Shown piece after piece: positions 35,425 to 40,018 of a stretch of 40,018 nt of DNA. Each line of letters starts with the position of its first letter. The stretch's first letter is position 1. A model generated the notes under the pieces. It was not told the DNA's origin, did no database searches, and saw only the letters and a program-made list of their open reading frames with translations. A program made the translations under genes and the position numbers. This DNA is from a virus (Duplodnaviria; Heunggongvirae; Uroviricota; Caudoviricetes), in the IMG/VR virus record IMGVR_UViG_3300015615_001160, positions 82,526 through 122,543 of that record. One strand, written 5' to 3'.

Positions 35425-36607
35425 TTCTGACGATGCGGTCGTTCAAATCCGGCTCCTCCACGCGAAACTTTTGCCGCTTGAGCCAGGCCTCGATCCACTC
35501 GCTGTCGCTGTCGCGTTCGTAGTCGGCGTCGGCGGGAAGCCTGACCGTCACTCGGGTCACTTTGCGACTTCCTTCGAACCTGATCACAAATCGCGCCGAC
35601 CGAATCTGTCCGGCCTTTGGAATTCCGCCGAAGCGTTCCAGGTTGTCGAAGATGTTGTTCTTGCTGCTCATCTTCCAGATCGTCTGATTCGTGGAATCCA
35701 GCACGATTTCGAGTTCACGAAGCTCGATGGATTCGATGGGGCAATCCTCGATATCGGTGGTCTTCAACGCCTCGGCACCGCGCGTCCGAAGCGGCTCCAG
35801 CGTAAACAGCCGACCCGCGCGGATGAATGCTTCAGGGTCGTCGAGAAGGTTTTTCCCGAAGCTTTTCCGGTAGGCTTCGCTCTCGGATTTTGTCTTCGAG
35901 TGAATCCACATCTCCCCGGTCGCCGTGTTGATGCGGACGACGTCATCGGTTTCAGGATGAAACTCGACGTGCTTGCGCTGGCCCTTTTCGAAGGTCGCCT
36001 CACGCCGCCGCCTGCCGCCGTGGATGATGATGAACCAGCGCACGTTGGAAGTCTGGCCGCTCGGAATGATTTCGCACCCGCCGTCTGGGTCACCGAAGAA
36101 CGCCGAAAGCTCTTTCTCGATGGCTTGCATCTTCGCATCGCTGAAGTCGGCGTCCTGAATCGAGACGCCGAGCGACGGCGTGAAACAACGGTAACGGCGC
36201 GTGTCCACAACGCGCTTTTCCATGAGCGCCGAGTCGAATGCCTCTGGCGCATCGAGATAGGCTTTCAGCGCCAAGTCCGCAGCTACCGACTTCTTGTCAG
36301 GCGTGGCCTCGCCGGTTTCCTGCGCAAGGCTGCGCTGCAAAATCTCGGCCCCATGCACATCCGCCATCGTTCCCACGGCTTCGAGGGCGAGAAGCAATTG
36401 ATCGGGCCGGCCATCATCATCGAGCAGCGCCTTCGAGAGCTTTTTGAAGTCGTAGTCGCCGCGCTTCTTGGTTTCAGGCGGAAGCTCGATTTCGCGCTTT
36501 TTGAAAAAGTCGGTGAACTTGCCTAGGAGGCGTCTCAGCAAGCCCCGATCTACTTGGCGGAGAATGCTGGGATTGGTGAGACGAGATACGGGTTTGCGCG
36601 GCTTCAT
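35396..36607 (-). CDS. Hypothetical protein divergent from the recombinase module
   Basis: Start re-called at ATG 36607 (MKPRKPVSRLTNPSIL), 403 aa; no family recognised. Confidence 0.6.
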   Translation of the reverse strand: MKPRKPVSRLTNPSILRQVDRGLLRRLLGKFTDFFKKREIELPPETKKRGDYDFKKLSKALLDDDGRPDQLLLALEAVGTMADVHGAEILQRSLAQETGEATPDKKSVAADLALKAYLDAPEAFDSALMEKRVVDTRRYRCFTPSLGVSIQDADFSDAKMQAIEKELSAFFGDPDGGCEIIPSGQTSNVRWFIIIHGGRRRREATFEKGQRKHVEFHPETDDVVRINTATGEMWIHSKTKSESEAYRKSFGKNLLDDPEAFIRAGRLFTLEPLRTRGAEALKTTDIEDCPIESIELRELEIVLDSTNQTIWKMSSKNNIFDNLERFGGIPKAGQIRSARFVIRFEGSRKVTRVTVRLPADADYERDSDSEWIEAWLKRQKFRVEEPDLNDRIVRNERTVAASS

Positions 36608-36782
36608 GCAGTGGCGGTGGTCGGACTTTTCCCTGCCCGAACGCACAAATCCGAAACCGCTCCTGAAGCGAACGAACCCGCATACCGGCAAGGGAGGAAA
36701 AGTAGGTTGGCAGAAGCTTTTCTTCAAGCCTTGTGGGTGAGGTGTGCCCGACAAAACGCTCGACGACTCCGTAGGTGTCGGC

Positions 36783-36986
36783 ATGGCCGAACACCCGCAT
36801 CTGCACCCTTCAGAAATGAGCGCAGACCAGCGGCGCGACGAGATCGCCGCGTTGCTGGCGCGAGGATACCTGCGGCTGCGCGCCGACGGAAATGGGAGCA
36901 GGGACTGCGGGGAGGAAATCGCTGTAAACCGAGACAAACCCCTTGAGGTCATTGGCGGCTCAAGCCCGTATGCGCGTGCAGTTTAG
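36783..36986 (+). CDS. Small protein typically preceding DUF2924
   Basis: MSADQRRDEIAALLARGYLRL motif. Confidence 0.55.
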   Translation: MAEHPHLHPSEMSADQRRDEIAALLARGYLRLRADGNGSRDCGEEIAVNRDKPLEVIGGSSPYARAV

Positions 36987-36990
36987 AACT

Positions 36991-37487
36991 ATGGAAACGC
37001 ACCACAAAGCCCACATTTCGAGGCAGTTGGCGCTCCTCTCGGAGATGACGGTGAGCCAGCTTCTCGGCAAATACGTGGAGGTCTTCGGCGAGCCGTCGCG
37101 CTCGCGCCACAAAGACTTCCTCCGAAAGAGAATCGCCTGGCGCATTCAGGCGCAGGCCTACGGCGACCTCTCCGAGCGCGCCCGTCGCCGCGCCGAAGAA
37201 TTAGCGAACGATGCTGACCTTCGGATTCGCATGAGTCCCATGAGCGGCGAGCCAAACGGCCCGACGACGATCCACGCATTCAAACCGAGCGAGCACCGCA
37301 GAACGCCGCTTCCCGGGTCGGTGATCACGAGGGAATACCAAGGCCGCAAGCTGCTCGTGACCGTGCTCGACAATGGATTCGAATTCGAAGGCGCAGTCTA
37401 TAAGTCGCTGACGGCGGTTGCACGGGCGGTCACGGGCACCCACTGGAATGGGCCGCTGTTCTTCGGGCTGAACAAGAAGGAGGCAGC

Positions 37488-37491
<4 letters not shown>
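36991..37491 (+). CDS. DUF2924 domain protein
   Basis: LRKRIAWRIQ..AYG.LS, PGSVITREYQG and FEFEG..YKSLT.VA..VTGTHWNG..FFGL motifs. Confidence 0.88.
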
Positions 37492-39019
<1,528 letters not shown>

Positions 39020-39023
<4 letters not shown>

Positions 39024-39418
39024 GCAACGGCATCACACTCGAAATTCCCGTCCACTTCGCACTCGAACGCCGCGGGCGACGCCGGTTGCGGCTCGGCGAG
39101 CCGGAAGCGCCGCCGCCCGTGGAGCCCGGCAACACGCCCCGCATCTCGAAGCTGATGGCGCTCGCCATTCGATTCGAGCGGCTCATCCGCGAGGGGCATG
39201 TGCGCGACTATGCGGACTTGGCGCGGCTCGGCGGCGTCACTCGCGCCCGCATCACGCAGATCATGAATCTGCTAAACCTCGCGCCAGAGATTCAGGAGGA
39301 GCTTCTTTTCCTGCCGAAGACCGTGGTCGGCAGAGATCGGTATTGCCTGCGGGAGATGCTCGGCTTTTTGCAAATTCTCGATTGGGACGAGCAGCGCCGC
39401 CGCTGGAGCGAGGTCTAG
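39020..39418 (+). CDS. HTH accessory protein of DUF2924-recombinase modules
   Basis: LARLGGVTRARITQIMNLLNLAPEIQE motif. Confidence 0.7.
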
Positions 39419-39433
39419 GGCGCGCCTTGCCTA

Positions 39434-40018
39434 CTACTTCGGCACGTTGGGAAAGAGTGCCTGGATACGCGTGAAAATCGGACTGCCGATTTGGTGCATC
39501 ACAAGCAGGCCCTCACGCGGCGAAAAATCGTGTCGTTCGATCCACCAGTAGGCGTCGATTTCCATCCTGACGCGTTCCACTCGCACCCGTGCTTCGACAG
39601 TCGTCCAATCCCATCTCCCGCTCTCGGAACCATAGAGGAGTTCGTGGAGCACGTCGCCGTAAACGCGGTCATGCAGGTTGACGAACGCGAGCACCCGAAG
39701 CTGGCTGCGCTTGGGGTCGACCGCTGAGAACTGTCCCACGGCCTTCTCGATCTTGTCGGCGATGGCGAGGTCACCAATAAACCCCTCCTTCAACTGCTCG
39801 GCCTTCTTTATTCCCGGTGCCACCTCGCGGCAGTGATTCCACAGCGGGTCTGCATCGTTGATGTCTTTGACCTCGCAGTAGAAGGCGAATTCGTCGCCTC
39901 GATAGACACGGAAATCCGGCGTCTGACCGGCTCTCAGTTCCTGTTTCGAGAAACGCTCAACCCGCAATCCTTGGCGGTTGAGTTCCTCGGTGATGACCTG
40001 TTCGCCTGTCGATTTCAT
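39434..40018 (-). CDS. Hypothetical PD-(D/E)xK-like protein (start at window edge, may extend upstream)
   Basis: TPDFRV...YCEVKD motif; convergent with the recombinase module. Confidence 0.45.
   Translation of the reverse strand: MKSTGEQVITEELNRQGLRVERFSKQELRAGQTPDFRVYRGDEFAFYCEVKDINDADPLWNHCREVAPGIKKAEQLKEGFIGDLAIADKIEKAVGQFSAVDPKRSQLRVLAFVNLHDRVYGDVLHELLYGSESGRWDWTTVEARVRVERVRMEIDAYWWIERHDFSPREGLLVMHQIGSPIFTRIQALFPNVPK

Noticed and set aside
39419-39433. Possible att site after the recombinase module
   Set aside because: Serine-integrase att cores are very short and the other end is outside the window, so it cannot be supported.

Overview
The window holds most of one temperate, lambda-like (siphovirus-type, no sheath gene seen) prophage in a high-GC host. 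A PVC-superphylum host (Verrucomicrobia/Planctomycetes) is my inference from recalled gene architecture and is not proven. From right to left: a DUF2924 + large serine recombinase integration module (+); two conserved hypothetical genes, a sigma-70-type factor and a recombination/replication module (AAA_24, PD-(D/E)xK nuclease, DUF669 SSB-like, SF2 helicase, primase-helicase, palindromic ori candidate) (-); small ORFs and an amidoligase + two GGCT genes (-); a terminase module on the opposite (+) strand; then lipoprotein, ParB-methyltransferase, M15 endolysin, a DUF4268 nuclease moron, lambda-type head genes, tail genes with a G/GT -1 frameshift, tail-tip proteins, and a nucleotidyltransferase + two glycosyltransferase-like genes running off the left edge (-). 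The most striking unexplained signal is a TTGAC(A) motif 13-16 nt upstream of 11 start codons. That is too close to be a sigma70 -35 box, and at the late-gene divergence point two copies form a symmetric inverted repeat. Several starts were re-called by hand from the ORF track, and three ORFs absent from the track were added. No database searches were run, so family names come from motif recognition.
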